64,000 nucleotides of DNA from Paraspadella gotoi (lineage: Eukaryota > Animalia > Chaetognatha), in the NCBI GenBank assembly GCA_051294375.1, contig CM119266.1, positions 25,654,161 to 25,718,160 of the forward strand, read 5' to 3'. Positions within the stretch are counted from its first letter, which is position 1. Every line of letters begins with the position of its first letter. The notes beneath the pieces are model-generated. The model was not told the DNA's origin and did no database searches. It was given only the letters and a program-made list of their open reading frames with translations. The translations under genes were made by a program, and so were the position numbers. Below, one piece after another: positions 1-12,280 of the stretch.

Positions 1-387
1 TTGCATTTAAATTCGCTGTCTCTTTGTCACGCGCTCGCTCGTTTGCGCTGTCCGTCTCTCTCTTTCTTTATCGGTCTCTAGTCTTATCGAAAAGAAGGTC
101 ATATCTTTTGAGAACAGATGAGGAGCTTAAAGATGTTAGCGACCGTTTCGGTTGGTGGAATCTTCTCGTCCACGTCCCTTGATTGTTCTGCTTTTCGTCG
201 AATGTCGTTTCCCTTCGAAAATCATTAACCTTTGATCCGACGCCTCGAACCCGGAACTCCCCGACCACGCAGGGTCACAGTGACCTTCTCTGCCGCAACG
301 CCCCCTCGACGACAGGTGCGGCTGAAGGCAAAAACGGTGAAAACGCGCGCGAGACGGGGAAGGAGAACCCGGAAGGTTGAGACATGT

Positions 388-646
388 GGCATCATGAGGG
401 GAGCGACATCATAAGGGGAACGGCATAACGAGTGGAGTTGTATCATGAGGGGAGCGGCATCTCTAGGAAAGTGGCGTCATAAGGGTAGTGGCCTAATGAG
501 AGGAACGACATCACGAGCAAAGTGCTCTCATGAGCGGAGGAGAGTTGCATTACAAGGGGACTGGCCTCATTAGGGGAGTGGCATTTTGAGGATAGTAGCA
601 TCACTAGGAAAGTGTCCTCATGAGGGGAGTGGCATCATGTGGGCGT
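388..646. repeat. Degenerate 17-bp minisatellite, ~15 copies (consensus GGCATCATGAGGGGAGY)
   Basis: Consecutive units read in register: ggcatcatgaggggagc, gacatcataaggggaac, ggcataacgagtggagt, tgtatcatgaggggagc ... ggcatcatgtgggcgt; one unit is 22 bp. Confidence 0.9.
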
Positions 647-1612
647 GAGCGAATTTTTCGTTCTTGAGATGATTTCCCGACGGAGAGACGGATGGAGAGA
701 GTTGGCGACAGGGACTGGCAGGGTGGAAGATTGTGGTGGGAGCATGGAGTGGGGAGAGCATGCGCACTGCGGTGTGGTGGGACCACGCGCAGTGGAGTCA
801 GTCGACGGCTTGGTGAATTTACAAAATTTACAAAGTGAAATGTTGACGAGTGAGAAAGTGAAAAAGAAATGTGGGTTTGGGTTGGAAAGAGTTAACTGCG
901 AGAATGAGGACTCTTGCCCATTTTAGTCTGAAAATCCTCGTTGCGCCTTTTACGAAAAGTATTTTCATCTCAAAGGATTTTAGTCCCTAAGGCCTAAGCA
1001 AGGGTTTCAGTCTCTTTATGTTTAAGTCTCTTTAACTGTTTTCTCATTGTTTCTCTCCAATACCATAAAAGTCAGTAAAAGGGAAACCCACTGAATAAAC
1101 TTACTCTCTCACTTTTTTTAGATTCTCAGTGTTTAACTCTCTCAGTCTTTTAAGTCTCGCCAAAAGGGGGCGGGCCTTCTTCGGGGGTCGCGTCTATCCC
1201 GAAATGGTTCCCGGTTTTTGACCCCTTGGGCGAAGTCCGCGCGCGTGCGCCAGCATGCGAACGATAGAGGCGCGTGCGTCGTCGTCCTCTTTGGTCGTCG
1301 TCGTCGTCGTCGTCGTCGTCGTTATCATCGTGGTTGTTAGTAAATTTCGCAAACCTTATTAGTTTTTATTCTGAATTTCTTTTCTTTTTTTAGTTTTCAT
1401 TGTGATAAACTTTATATCATTTCGATCTTTTATCGTACAGATAAAAAATGAACATGTAAGCTATTCCAACGTTTTCAATGTCAACTTGTATTCCAACTTT
1501 TGGAGTTTATTGGATGTCGGTAAATCAATTTTGTTATTGTCTTTCTCGATACATCATCGTTCTGTTTGGCTTCGCTTTCCGTCGCCATCGTCGTCATCGT
1601 CTTCTTCCTATT

Positions 1613-1675
1613 CGTCGTCGTCGTCGTCGTCGTCGTCGTCATCTTCGTCGTCTTTGTCGTCGTCGTCTTCGTCGA
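1613..1675. repeat. (TCG)n microsatellite, imperfect
   Basis: Direct reading; similar tracts at ~1295-1322, ~35872-35917 and ~57905-57940. Confidence 0.9.
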
Positions 1676-3141
1676 CTCCTAGCGCCGGGGCGCGTGCCAA
1701 GACACCGGAAGCGTGACCGCGAATACGAAAAATCAAAAAAAAAAAAAAGACAAAAGAACAAAAAGCGAAATGAGTGGGAAGAATAAAAAAGAAAAAAAGA
1801 GAAAGCAATCGAGAATAAAAAAAGCAAAAAAAGTAATCATCCTAGAAATATCGGATTCAACGTGACGATACTGGCGACGACGACCACGACGACGAAGACG
1901 AAGGTGACGACGATTACGACGACGAAGACTAAGCATAAGCTTAGTAAGCAAATTTAAAATTAAAAGTTTGAAGAAAAAAAATTTCAAGGGGCGCATTCTT
2001 AATTTGACTTCCCTTTAATTATAATTTTTATGTAATCAAAAAGCACAAAATCTAGAATCTGACCTTTTATGTCGCTTTATCTAATATCTATCCATCTATC
2101 CAATGCCCGTCTTCATCCATCTATCCATTTAAAGCCATCCCTCTCTCGCGCCACGGGTCCGTTAGTCCGTTCTTCTTCCACGCGTCGCCAAAGATTTCCT
2201 TCAAATCTGCTCCTTTTAACCTTCTCCTTCATCTTTTTATATTAATTTTTATTTCCTCAGTTCAGGTTAAAGAAAGACCTTTTTTCTTTTTTTTTTTCTT
2301 TTCGAAGTCTCTTTCTTTTCAACGAAAAAAAAAAGATTTAACGAGGATGAAATAATTTAGTAATTCGTTTTTCGAAATCTTGTTCAAATGGGATTTCCGC
2401 GACTTTTCGACAGCAACTAACAAAATTTAAGGACCCGAAATAAGTCACGCATGAGAATTAACCAAATCGAACAGTCGTTTTAAAATTCATTATATTACTC
2501 CGTAGAACCTGCCCGCGCCACGCCGATATTCGTTAAACGAAACGAAGTTGGCTCGCGCGTCGAGATATATTTCCCACTCCAACTGTTTCCATTTTATTTA
2601 TTCCACGCGGGGCGGTTTTTTTTCTCTGTCACGTGACTAGCGACGCGTAAAAAATGGCGGGAAAACGTAACGCTCAACACGTGACGAATCACGCGGGAAG
2701 GGTTGTGAATAAGTTGAATGCGGTTTTGCATTACAATTTTTGTATCTGACATTCATACTACTCTCGCGTTCTTAATAATGTTGTCTCTAACATTCGTAAA
2801 GGTAATCAATTTCTCTTCTATTTTAGATTCGTCTCATTTCTGACTGAAAAAAAAATGCTCATAAAAACTTTTTAACGAGACCAAAAGTTTGACGAGGATA
2901 AAAAACTTTAATTGTGGCCCGAAGAAAAAAAGGGAATAAAAATAAAACTAAACGAAAGGATTACAATTTCAACCAGTTTTAAACCGATAAAATTTTTTTT
3001 AAAAACGTTAAAATTAATCCTAAAATTAATTCGGGCACTAAATAAAACTAAATAAAACTAAAATAAAAGTTAAAAAAACCTTTTTTTCGTCCTTCTCTCT
3101 ATAGTTGAGTAAAGAAATAAGAATTTCATTGCAAAGTTTAT

Positions 3142-3246
<105 letters not shown>

Positions 3247-3488
3247 GCCGGCGACGAGAGAAAGGTTGAGTGAAAATGATGGAAACAAAACAGACTGCGT
3301 GCGCCTTTCGTGCGTTCGTGCGCTCGTGCGCGGGCGGAATCGCGGCCTCCAGAAGAGAAGCGTCAAGAAAAGCCAGGGAATTCCCTTCGTTAAAAAAGAG
3401 CGCTTGTCTGGAGTCGCTTATCTCTATCTCTCCTCTTTTTTTCTTTTCTTTTTTATCTCTCCTCTTTGAGAAAAATATCCTTTAGGCA

Positions 3489-3713
3489 NNNNNNNNNNNN
3501 NNNNNNNNNNNNNNNNNNNNNNNNNNNNNNNNNNNNNNNNNNNNNNNNNNNNNNNNNNNNNNNNNNNNNNNNNNNNNNNNNNNNNNNNNNNNNNNNNNNN
3601 NNNNNNNNNNNNNNNNNNNNNNNNNNNNNNNNNNNNNNNNNNNNNNNNNNNNNNNNNNNNNNNNNNNNNNNNNNNNNNNNNNNNNNNNNNNNNNNNNNNN
3701 NNNNNNNNNNNNN
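3489..3713. other. Assembly gap (N run)
   Basis: Run of N. Other long gaps: 23101-23548, 24600-24841, 54227-54392. Gaps of 25 N: 4668-4692, ~7602-7626, 28082-28106, 38159-38183, 40743-40767, 51935-51959. Confidence 0.98.
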
Positions 3714-4023
3714 AAATACGGAGTGACAGGTTTAGTTGGGAGAAGGAGAGTGGCAGGGCAGGGGTAAGAAAGTTGTGGCAGCTTATTTAAGTTAAAAAAA
3801 CCCAATTATATTAACCAATTAAATATTCAAATTATACATTGTACCAAACGAATGGGTAGTTTATTTAATTAGGTTTTGAATAGTTAATTTATAAACAAAC
3901 TGGAGCGACACAATCCAACCGACGAATAGAGACGAGATACCAACTGTCACGCGCCAAAAGAGAGAGAATGGGTTTCTGTGGGGAAATGCCTTAATGCTAA
4001 GAAGAGAAAAAAAAAGGAAAGGT

Positions 4024-4068
<45 letters not shown>

Positions 4069-5368
4069 TTCTCTTATAATGTAGGGCAACGGGAACAGGA
4101 AAGGTGCTCTCTCTCTCTTCTACTCTCTCTCTCTCTCTCTCTCTCATCTCTCTCATCTCTCGTTATATGTAGGGAAGTGGAAAAAAGGAAAGGTGCTCGT
4201 CTCTCTCTCTCATACTCTCATCTCTCTCTCTCATATGATGCACGGAGAAGGGGAAAAAAACAAGGACAGTGCTCATCGTCTCTCTTTTCTCTCTACCTCT
4301 CTACATCTCATCTCATGTCTTTTTCTCCTCCTTCCTCACTCTCTCTTCTCTCTCTCATATCGATGAGGAGGAAGGGAAAACAGGAAAGGTGCTCTCCTCT
4401 CTCTCTCTCTCATCTTCTCTCTTTCTCTTCTCTCCTCTCTCTCTCTTCCTCTCTCTCTCTCCTCTCTTCTCCTTCATCTTCTTCTTTTCCCCTCTCTCTT
4501 TTCCCCCTCTTCTAGGCGACTCTGTTTCTCCATCCAGTCCTCTATTTTTCTTCGACGTGTGGGGAGCTTCGGGTCTTTCCCCGGAGACCGCCCTCGCCCC
4601 CCTAATTCCCTTCTCCTTCCTTCTCTCCACGACGACGAACGGACGACGGACGACGACGACGACGAACNNNNNNNNNNNNNNNNNNNNNNNNNGGCTACGG
4701 TATCTGATCTCTTTTATGACCCGAAAGTTAAACGTTGACAGGAAAAAAAGGAGAACAAAGCGTGGATGACGACGACGACGACGACGATGACGACAAATGA
4801 CGTGTCAAAATAAATCAGACGAGGATTCGTTATTTCTCTCTCTTCAATGCGACTCTTTTTTTTTCGTACATTGCGCCAAAATAATTTTTTTTTTTCGGTT
4901 TGTTTGTTTTTATGTTTATGTATAAGAATAATCCGTTGCCTCAACTTTCGGTTCATCGTCGTCGGCGCTCTCACTTCCGGGTGGCGAAACCGGAAGTCAG
5001 TCAGTCGCTCTCGAGTGTATGTGGAGGCGGTTTTCAAGATGATGGTCTTGCTCTTTGGGCCTAAAGGGGCCAAACGTTTAATGGTCTAACGGGGTCCAAA
5101 ACTAAAACAGATATAAAAAAAATCTATATTTATATCCAACAATGTAACAGTTTAATCAATAAACCTTTAATGATAACCAAAATGCTTATTCGTTTCCAAC
5201 AGATAGAAGTGAAGTCAAAGAGAAGTCATAAAAACTCCATTCCTTACACAAGTTTGGCATCCAATCCTTCAATTTTTTTTCGAGCAGAAACCGATTTGTT
5301 CTTTTTTGTACGAATGAGGGGAAAAAAAATCTACCTTGAAAAAATGAGCATTCAATAGCGAGAGAGAC

Positions 5369-5418
<50 letters not shown>

Positions 5419-6805
5419 CGAGAGGAGAGAGAGAGAGAAGAGAGAGAATATTCTTGGATCGATTTTGCAAATGTTCTCCCGTCGGATCTTCCATCCGACT
5501 CGGAAGTCGAGAGTCCAAGGTCGAAATTCCGGGGATTTTTCGGTCCCAAAAAATCAGAGGGGAAACTTGAGAGGGCGAGGGGTGCGGTCGTTGGGGGCAG
5601 ATGGCTGCAGGCGCTGGTTTAGACTTGGTAGTTAGAAAAGGCAGAAAGAGCGAGGTCTTGGAGTTGGCATCAGATACGGAAAAGATTGCGGGATGTAAAT
5701 TTTTCACCCGCGAAGAGTTAATTTTTTTGGCTTAGAGATATCATTCCTATTTTTTTTTTATGATGATTTTTAATCATGAATATACACGTTATAGTTTTGA
5801 GAGGTTGCTCCTTTCGAGAAGATTATTTTCTTTTGTAAGTGTGACTTTTAATGGTAGTTTAAGTCTTGAAAAATAGCCGCCTAAACAAGTTTACAATGAA
5901 AAAGTGATACCCGATTTTGGCAGCATCAAGCTTCAGGTCTTAAGTTACAAACAGCTGACATAAAAAAAAAAAAAAAACTCCGAAACCTAATCAGGCGCGG
6001 ACGAGATTCCGACGCCGCCTCGCCTGCCGCCTGACGTTGACGCTAATGCGAAGCAGGCGACGAAACTCTCGCCTCTCACGTCCGCTCGTCGCGCCGAATT
6101 TCCGTTTCTCATCGATTCGCCCGTTTCGCTGGAAAGCGCACGCAATTTCGCGTGCAACGTGCGTGCGCGATCGGTCGGCGACGCTCGCACGCTTTTCCTC
6201 TCGGTTGTTTCGTCGCGCTTGGCCAGAGACGGAAATTGGTGACGACGAGAAAAAAAAGAAAAGATAATCAGAAGAAGGAAGTGTAAGAAGCGATTTGGAA
6301 TTGAGCCACGAGGCATTGAGAGATTCCGTGTGGGGGATGGAAAGGCCAGGAGATACGAAAAAAACAAGATAAGATCAATTAAAAATCTCTAATAAAGAAT
6401 TTAAGTTGCCTCAGGTCTTATATAAAAAATATTTCTGTATCATTAAAATTAGATTAGTTTCTTTTTTTTTTTAGTTCTTTTTAATCAGTTTATATTTTGA
6501 TTTTTTACTTCATCGCACGGTGTCGTTCTGAAAGAAAGTTAATTTATGTTTTATTAATTAAATATAATCATTTTTTCTTTCGAATGTTAATATTTTTACC
6601 GATTGAGGAGGTTAATTTGAGAAAAGAAAAAAACCGGCACTTTATCCGCAACACCGGAAACGCCGGAAACGCCGGGAACGCCGACGTTGACTGGGACGCC
6701 GTGGGCGCCGCCGCTTCAAGCGAGTTTGGTCAAACGCGTAATCAAGCGATTGAATCGAAAGTGAAGGGAGTCCGCCCACCTGACAACTCATGAAAAAAAT
6801 ATTAG

Positions 6806-6844
<39 letters not shown>

Positions 6845-9237
6845 AGAAGAAGAGAGAGAAGAGAGGACGAAAGGGAGGAGGAAGAGAGAGAGAGGTAGGG
6901 AAAGAAAAATAAAAAAGTAAAGAATATACATCGAGAAAGAGAAAGGAAAGCAAGGATAAAGTGAGAGAGAGAGAAAAAAAAAGACCAAGGTGTACGCCTG
7001 ATCTGTAGGTGAACGCATGAACGTCAATATTTCGAGAAAACGGAAAAAAAGCTTTGTACTATTATAATCCGATCGCATCCGCTAAGAAGACCACATTTAT
7101 TTAATACTAATATTATTTTTATCGCTTTTTTCCCCACTAATGTTATTTCGTTTGAAAAAAAAAAACCCGGATCGATATTCGAATTCCGCTGACTTTGCCA
7201 ATTTTTTTCCCCCTTTTTCCCTTTTTAATTTTTTTTTTTTGAGTGAAATAAAAATTGTCACCAAGGAAGAACCAATGTAGATGAAGTAAAAAGTCGTAGC
7301 TCAACGGCGGTTACAAATCTTAGACAGGAAATTGGAAATTGATCATCGTTAATTGTTAATTGGTAATTCATAATCGTAATTTTACATCTGGGCTGTTTTT
7401 TTGCGTATAGTTTTACTTACCGACTCTCACCTTCCTTGACGAACGAGATACCACGACTTACCCCGTTTCCCTTAAGACCCGGCAACTCACCCTCTCATTT
7501 TGCCTTCTCTCCATCCAAGGAATCCAAGTCACGTTGACTAAATCCGCACTCGAATCCTGCACCTCCTTTTCTCGCCTGTCTGTCTGTCTTTCTTTTTTTC
7601 TNNNNNNNNNNNNNNNNNNNNNNNNNCATACATTTTTTTTTTCATTCCTGCTTTGCCTCTTTCAGATTCGAATTTTTTTTGTTTTTTTTTTTTTCTCGTG
7701 ATGCGTATCCTGTATTTTGACCAAAGAATCTACGAACTACTAAGTACTTTCGCGCCCCACTTCCCATTTCTTTCAAGAACCTAATCTTACCAGACTAGCC
7801 TTGTCCGAGTCAAGATGCCTTGGAAAAATGTATAAAAACGAGAAATGAAAAAAAGATTAGACAACGTTTCCGTGATAAGATTAAAAAAGTTTCTATACAT
7901 AAGTTTCTATGTTTTATTGTCTCCCAGTACAGAATTTCCTTATTCGCAAGTGGCGGAACGAGTAAACTCAAAATTATGACCCGTACGGTCGCGCCCCACA
8001 CATTTTTGAGCCTTCTCTCTCTCTCTTTCGGATCTCTCTCGCTCTCTCCCTCTATCTTTCTCTCTGTCTTCTTCTTCTTCCTCTCTCTCTCTCTTTCTCT
8101 TCCCGTTTCGTCTCTCTCTCTATTTTCAGTTCCCATTTTTCTAGTATCATTTAACAAAACAAAATCACCCTTTCCTTTTCCCCTACAAACGATCTCCACT
8201 TGCCGGAGAAACTTATTCCTCTTACCTATTTTACTTCATCTCTCTTTTTCCCTTCCCAAGCCCGGGAAAGAGTTCTAGCAGCCCGGTTAACACCCCCTCT
8301 CTCTCGCTTCTCCTTCTTCTCACCTCTCTCTCTCTCTCTCTCTTCTCTCTTGTCTCTCTCTCTCTCTCAGTCTCATCGGCTCTCTCCTCATCTCTCTCTA
8401 TCGTTCTCTCACACACACACCACACCGCCATTCCCTCTGTACATAAATTCACGGGGGAGGGATTTTCGATATTCTCGAATCCATTTTATGGGCGAGATGC
8501 CGAGGATTCGCGGCGGAGACCGAACGGACCGAAGACGAAGACCGACGGACACAACCGACTGCCACCGACGCTTCCTTCCAGATACATAAATTAAAATTTT
8601 CCTCGGCAGGAGAAGAAAAAGTCGGCGGCCCGAAGGATGAGGGTTGTTCGTTGTTGTTCCAATTTGGTGTTTTTTGTTTGTTTCTTGTTTATCGTCGTGT
8701 TTTTATTGTAGTCCAGAAAACGTTTTTTGAAAAGGTGCTGGTTTTTATACCTATTACTCCGCTGGTGACGGAACAGAATTGCTTTTATTTGTTTATACCT
8801 TTCTTTGTTATTTGCTGATTTGTTTATTACTTTTTTTGTTAATTTTTTATTATCTATACTACGCTTGGTGATCTGGAATAATTCAATGCTATTGAAACCT
8901 CTGGGTTTCGTAATTTTATTCTTTGATGGAAAAAAAACGAAACGAATCGAAACAAGATACAAATTAAAACATAAAGATATCGACTTACACGACAGACTCT
9001 TAAGCACGAAATTTGATTCTGCCCTCAATAGAAAATCTTCATCGATTATTCTAGAACTAACATTTAAGATGATACCGAGAAAGAAAACATAAATTTCGAC
9101 CAAAAGTTAACTTTATTTTAGGAGACTAATGACCCTTCTACATCCTTTCCTCTCTTTCACAACGCAACAAACAAAGAAAGTCATATTGGAAAGAAAGGGG
9201 GAAAAAAAAGCTAACTGGGGGAAAAATTTCGATCTGA

Positions 9238-9661
9238 CACGGTATAGATAAGGACCGGCGCGACGTGCGGCTCCGTGGCACAGGCCATATGGAGGTGCGG
9301 CACGCTTTTAGCCGTCGCGTACGCCGATTAAGGCCGAACCGGCCGCTAAGAGAATCGCGCGTTAGGGCAAATCTTAAGAGACCCGCCGGTTTGCCCAGAA
9401 GACCGGCAGGCTGAACGAAATTTGAATTATTTTTCCTTTCCTTTTTTTTTTAATTTTATGCGAAATATGTCACTAGAGGGGCTCTATGGGAGGCCTTAAG
9501 ATGTACTATTTTCTTAACTACTACCTCTCCCTGTCTACTGTGTGACAGATGGCTTAATTTATACTCTAGATTCTGAACGTTCAAGTAATGATGGTTGTGA
9601 TCGCTACCTGATCTGAGAGACGCCACAGAGAGTGATGTACACCCCATTACTAAGTTCGATA
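9238..9661 (+). repeat. Element 1 left long direct repeat (5' LTR; may extend to 9745)
   Basis: Collinear with 13450-13853: shared ctgaacgaaatttgaattatttttcctttc, tatgtcac, ctatgggaggccttaa, gtactatttctt, attactaagt. Confidence 0.8.
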
Positions 9662-9748
9662 TTTAATACATCTTGGACGCAGGCCTTGGTGATTGCGACC
9701 CTTGGTTGGAGGCGGACAGCCCCCCCCCTCGGCTCGGGACCGACATTC

Positions 9749-9766
9749 TGGCGCAGTCGTTGGATC
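9749..9766 (+). promoter_or_regulatory. Primer-binding site complementary to the 3' end of tRNA-Ser
   Basis: TGGCGCAGTCGTTGGATC; the first 11 nt match the tRNA-Ser PBS TGGCGCAGTCG used by insect gypsy-group elements such as 17.6 and 297; lies 3 nt after GACCGACA. Confidence 0.7.
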
Positions 9767-9787
9767 AATAACTCTCCCACAGCACGA

Positions 9788-10016
9788 GAACTCGAAGCGG
9801 CGTCCAAAGCTGACGTGGCCTGTCAGCAGCTGAAGCGGTCCCGTCCAAGGAAGCCTGAAGCCTAGGCTGTCAAGAGCTGAAGCGGCCTCCCCTTAAGGCT
9901 GAAGCAGCGAGGCCATTCCCCAAGAGCTTGAACTTGCACCCGCAGTCAAGATCGCGACTCTGAACATTGGCACCAAGGCTGAAGCGTGCCCAAGAGCTGC
10001 AATTGAAGCTGAAGTT
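9788..10016 (+). repeat. Degenerate ~20-27-bp tandem array in the element 1 leader (core AAGAGCTGAAGCGG), ~10 copies
   Basis: Recurrent gctgaagcgg / aagagctga / aaggctgaagc cores separated by short C-rich spacers. Confidence 0.7.
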
Positions 10017-10230
10017 ACTATCTTATTACGCTGCGAGATTTTTAAGATCATCAGATTACAGGACTTGCCTCCTGGTACCGATTATATTCAACTCCGCGCC
10101 AGATAGGAAAACCCGGAGAGAGACATTAAGAGAAAATTGTTCACGCCTGATACGGATCTCTCCCCGGTCGTCTTCAACACAAATCAGTCCACAAATTAAC
10201 CACGATTCTACATACAAAAAACAAGGATAG

Positions 10231-12280
10231 ATGTCTCAAGATAATCACACTATTCATTGCCTTTGTTCTACGACCATTGCCGTGCGCTGATTATATTCGC
10301 ATTATGCACGTACCACGGTTGGTGCGGTCCTCTTGCCGGCTGCATGCGCAGTCCGGTAGTGGAATATACGTCTCTTGTTTTAGCGGTAATTTCGCCGGGG
10401 CATGCTGACACATCAGACTCAGAGAGGAGTTACCAAGTTACCGCATTAGCGAAGGGATCGAGACTTCAGGAAGTCGCGCACACAACTGCAAAGCATGGAC
10501 CCGAAACCCAGACACCGATTGCTGGGAGGCAAGCACCCGAGGAGAGCTGGTGATCAAAAGCGGTTAGGGCAACTTCGCATGACGTCGTTGATTTGTATCA
10601 GCCTTGGAAATGTGATAGGCCAGGATGGTTCTAGACGGGTCACCTGAGCCGTCTCAATATGAATATCCGGTCTCGCTCCGGGTCCGCCTCCCAACACCAG
10701 TCCACATCCGCGCCTATGCACCATAGTTCCCCAGTTCCATTTGCCTCACAAAGAAGCATTTCTCCACCGGTAATGTCAGGAGAGAGAAAGTCGGGCACGC
10801 GGGCCTGTCGACGGACTAACCATTCGGCCAACGCCAAACGGTATGGATTGTCGAGGACCCAACGGCATCGTCGTCTTCGGAGAGGGAGGATCACGTTGAA
10901 TGTCGGGTGGACTCCCGGCAGCTCCCGCCATCGCAGCGGCGGCGCCGCATAATTTGGTCGAGACGGCAAAGGCCGCAGGGAAGCACGGAGAGACAGGTTG
11001 GAATCGAAAAGATTGAAGCTGGGAGTTTTTAGAAGAAAACAAGGAAAAGCAGTTGCGACTTTAAGGAGAAGGGAAAGAAAGAGAATGAGACTCAGGCATA
11101 TTTCGACGCCGAAAGTAGGACAAGATTGATAGAGGCGAACATGACCTTTCGACTTGGACTGGAGACGGGTTATTTAGTCGAAAAACGCCGTATGGAGACC
11201 CACGTATTTGGCCAGTAAGGCCCACAAACTGCACACAAATGCAGCCGACGCACACATCACAACCAACGCAACAAAGCACAGCCGAGTGTTGATTGCAACA
11301 AACGCAACACGGATGCGACACTCGGCAGACTGCCGACCGACACATTTCTCAAAAGAAATAGCCACTGTCGATCGGAATTGATGCAATGGTGAGTTTTCTC
11401 CCAAATAACCGATCTCATGCTGTGGCTTGACGGGAAAGACGAAGCTGGGAAAATGATGTTTCAACATGGGAGGGAGAAGTCGGGTCAGGGATTTGGCAAA
11501 GTCAAAACAGCCTCTTCATCTGATTCATCAGCGCCAGAGGTTTATCGGTTAAAAGCGCCCTTTGGAAAAATTTACTGCCTTTCTGCGAAAAAGAAAAGAC
11601 TGGGCGAAAATTCGAGTTGTAGATTCGCCGTGTTGCTGATGTTTTTTTTTTTACAAGAGGAAAAATTTGAAAAAGGAGAAATTCACTCCATATTGTGGAG
11701 GCTCATGCCCCTGGATTGCCCCCTGCAGCCGGATTACAGATTATCAATTTTGAAAATTTTCACTACGGTCTGGTCAACACGAGGGGGGTCAAGAAGAAAA
11801 AAATAGGGAAATCACGGTATGGGCTTTTGCCCATTCAAGTCTTCTGGGAATGTTAAGTGAATTCATTGCGACAAAAATACACCTAAAAGGGACATTTTCT
11901 CTTGTATTGGAACCTCTTTGTCTCGCACAATGCATTTCAAAAAACATATTTGAGAAATTTTGCCAAGAGAAGCACTTTACTATTTAAAATGACGGGGAAA
12001 GAATCTATGTTTGCCTTATACATTGGAAATTGACGGACATTATGAGTTGTCATGGCTAAGAAGAGTGCCCATTTTGTCCTTTATCCATACCTTACACAAA
12101 AAGAGTTGAAAAGTTAAATATCTCTGCGCATGTTGCGATGTCGGCTGAATTCGGACGGGAAAGGATTTTTTCATCCCTCTGAATCACAGCGTTGAGGTTT
12201 GTACTCTCCACACCCGCCCATGCTAATTTTCAATATTACAAGAAAATAAAAAAAAAACGCGGGGAAAGCCCTCTGCCGCG
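10231..12280 (+). pseudogene. Frameshifted gag - aspartic protease - N-terminus of reverse transcriptase (Ty3/Gypsy-like), truncated
   Basis: Allowing indels: knuckle-like C-x-DCNKR...HSADC (~11286-11337); protease-like A-L-I-D-S-x-A...FI...ALWKNL (~11510-11575); RT-start-like GKGFFHPSES...SP..PMLI...KK.RGK.LC (~12157-12280). No YxDD, RNase H or integrase seen downstream. Start coordinate is approximate. Confidence 0.5.

Noticed and set aside
1402-1996. Ser-, Arg- and Asp-rich ORFs
   Set aside because: Translations of (TCG)n tracts and A/T runs; stop-free only because of low complexity. The same applies to the many ER/SL-repeat ORFs from (GA)n and to ORFs spanning N runs.
7487-7570. Minus-strand exon candidate (EVQDSSADLVNVTWIPWMERRQNER) with a GTGAGT donor
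   Set aside because: Upstream sequence on that strand is purine-rich with no acceptor context and runs into a gap; peptide not recognised.
9238-9661. Dating the insertions from LTR-LTR divergence
   Set aside because: Differences between LTR copies are dominated by read-type indel noise, so apparent divergence says nothing about age.
9720-9730. Minus-strand G-run as PPT, implying element 1 is on minus
   Set aside because: The plus-strand PBS and the order of knuckle, protease and RT-start motifs all favour plus.
11818-11850. Minus-strand peptide RRLEWAKAH resembling a Tc1/mariner transposase motif
   Set aside because: No following W..V.FSDE motif, no DDE triad and no terminal inverted repeats; lies antisense within the Gypsy-like pol.
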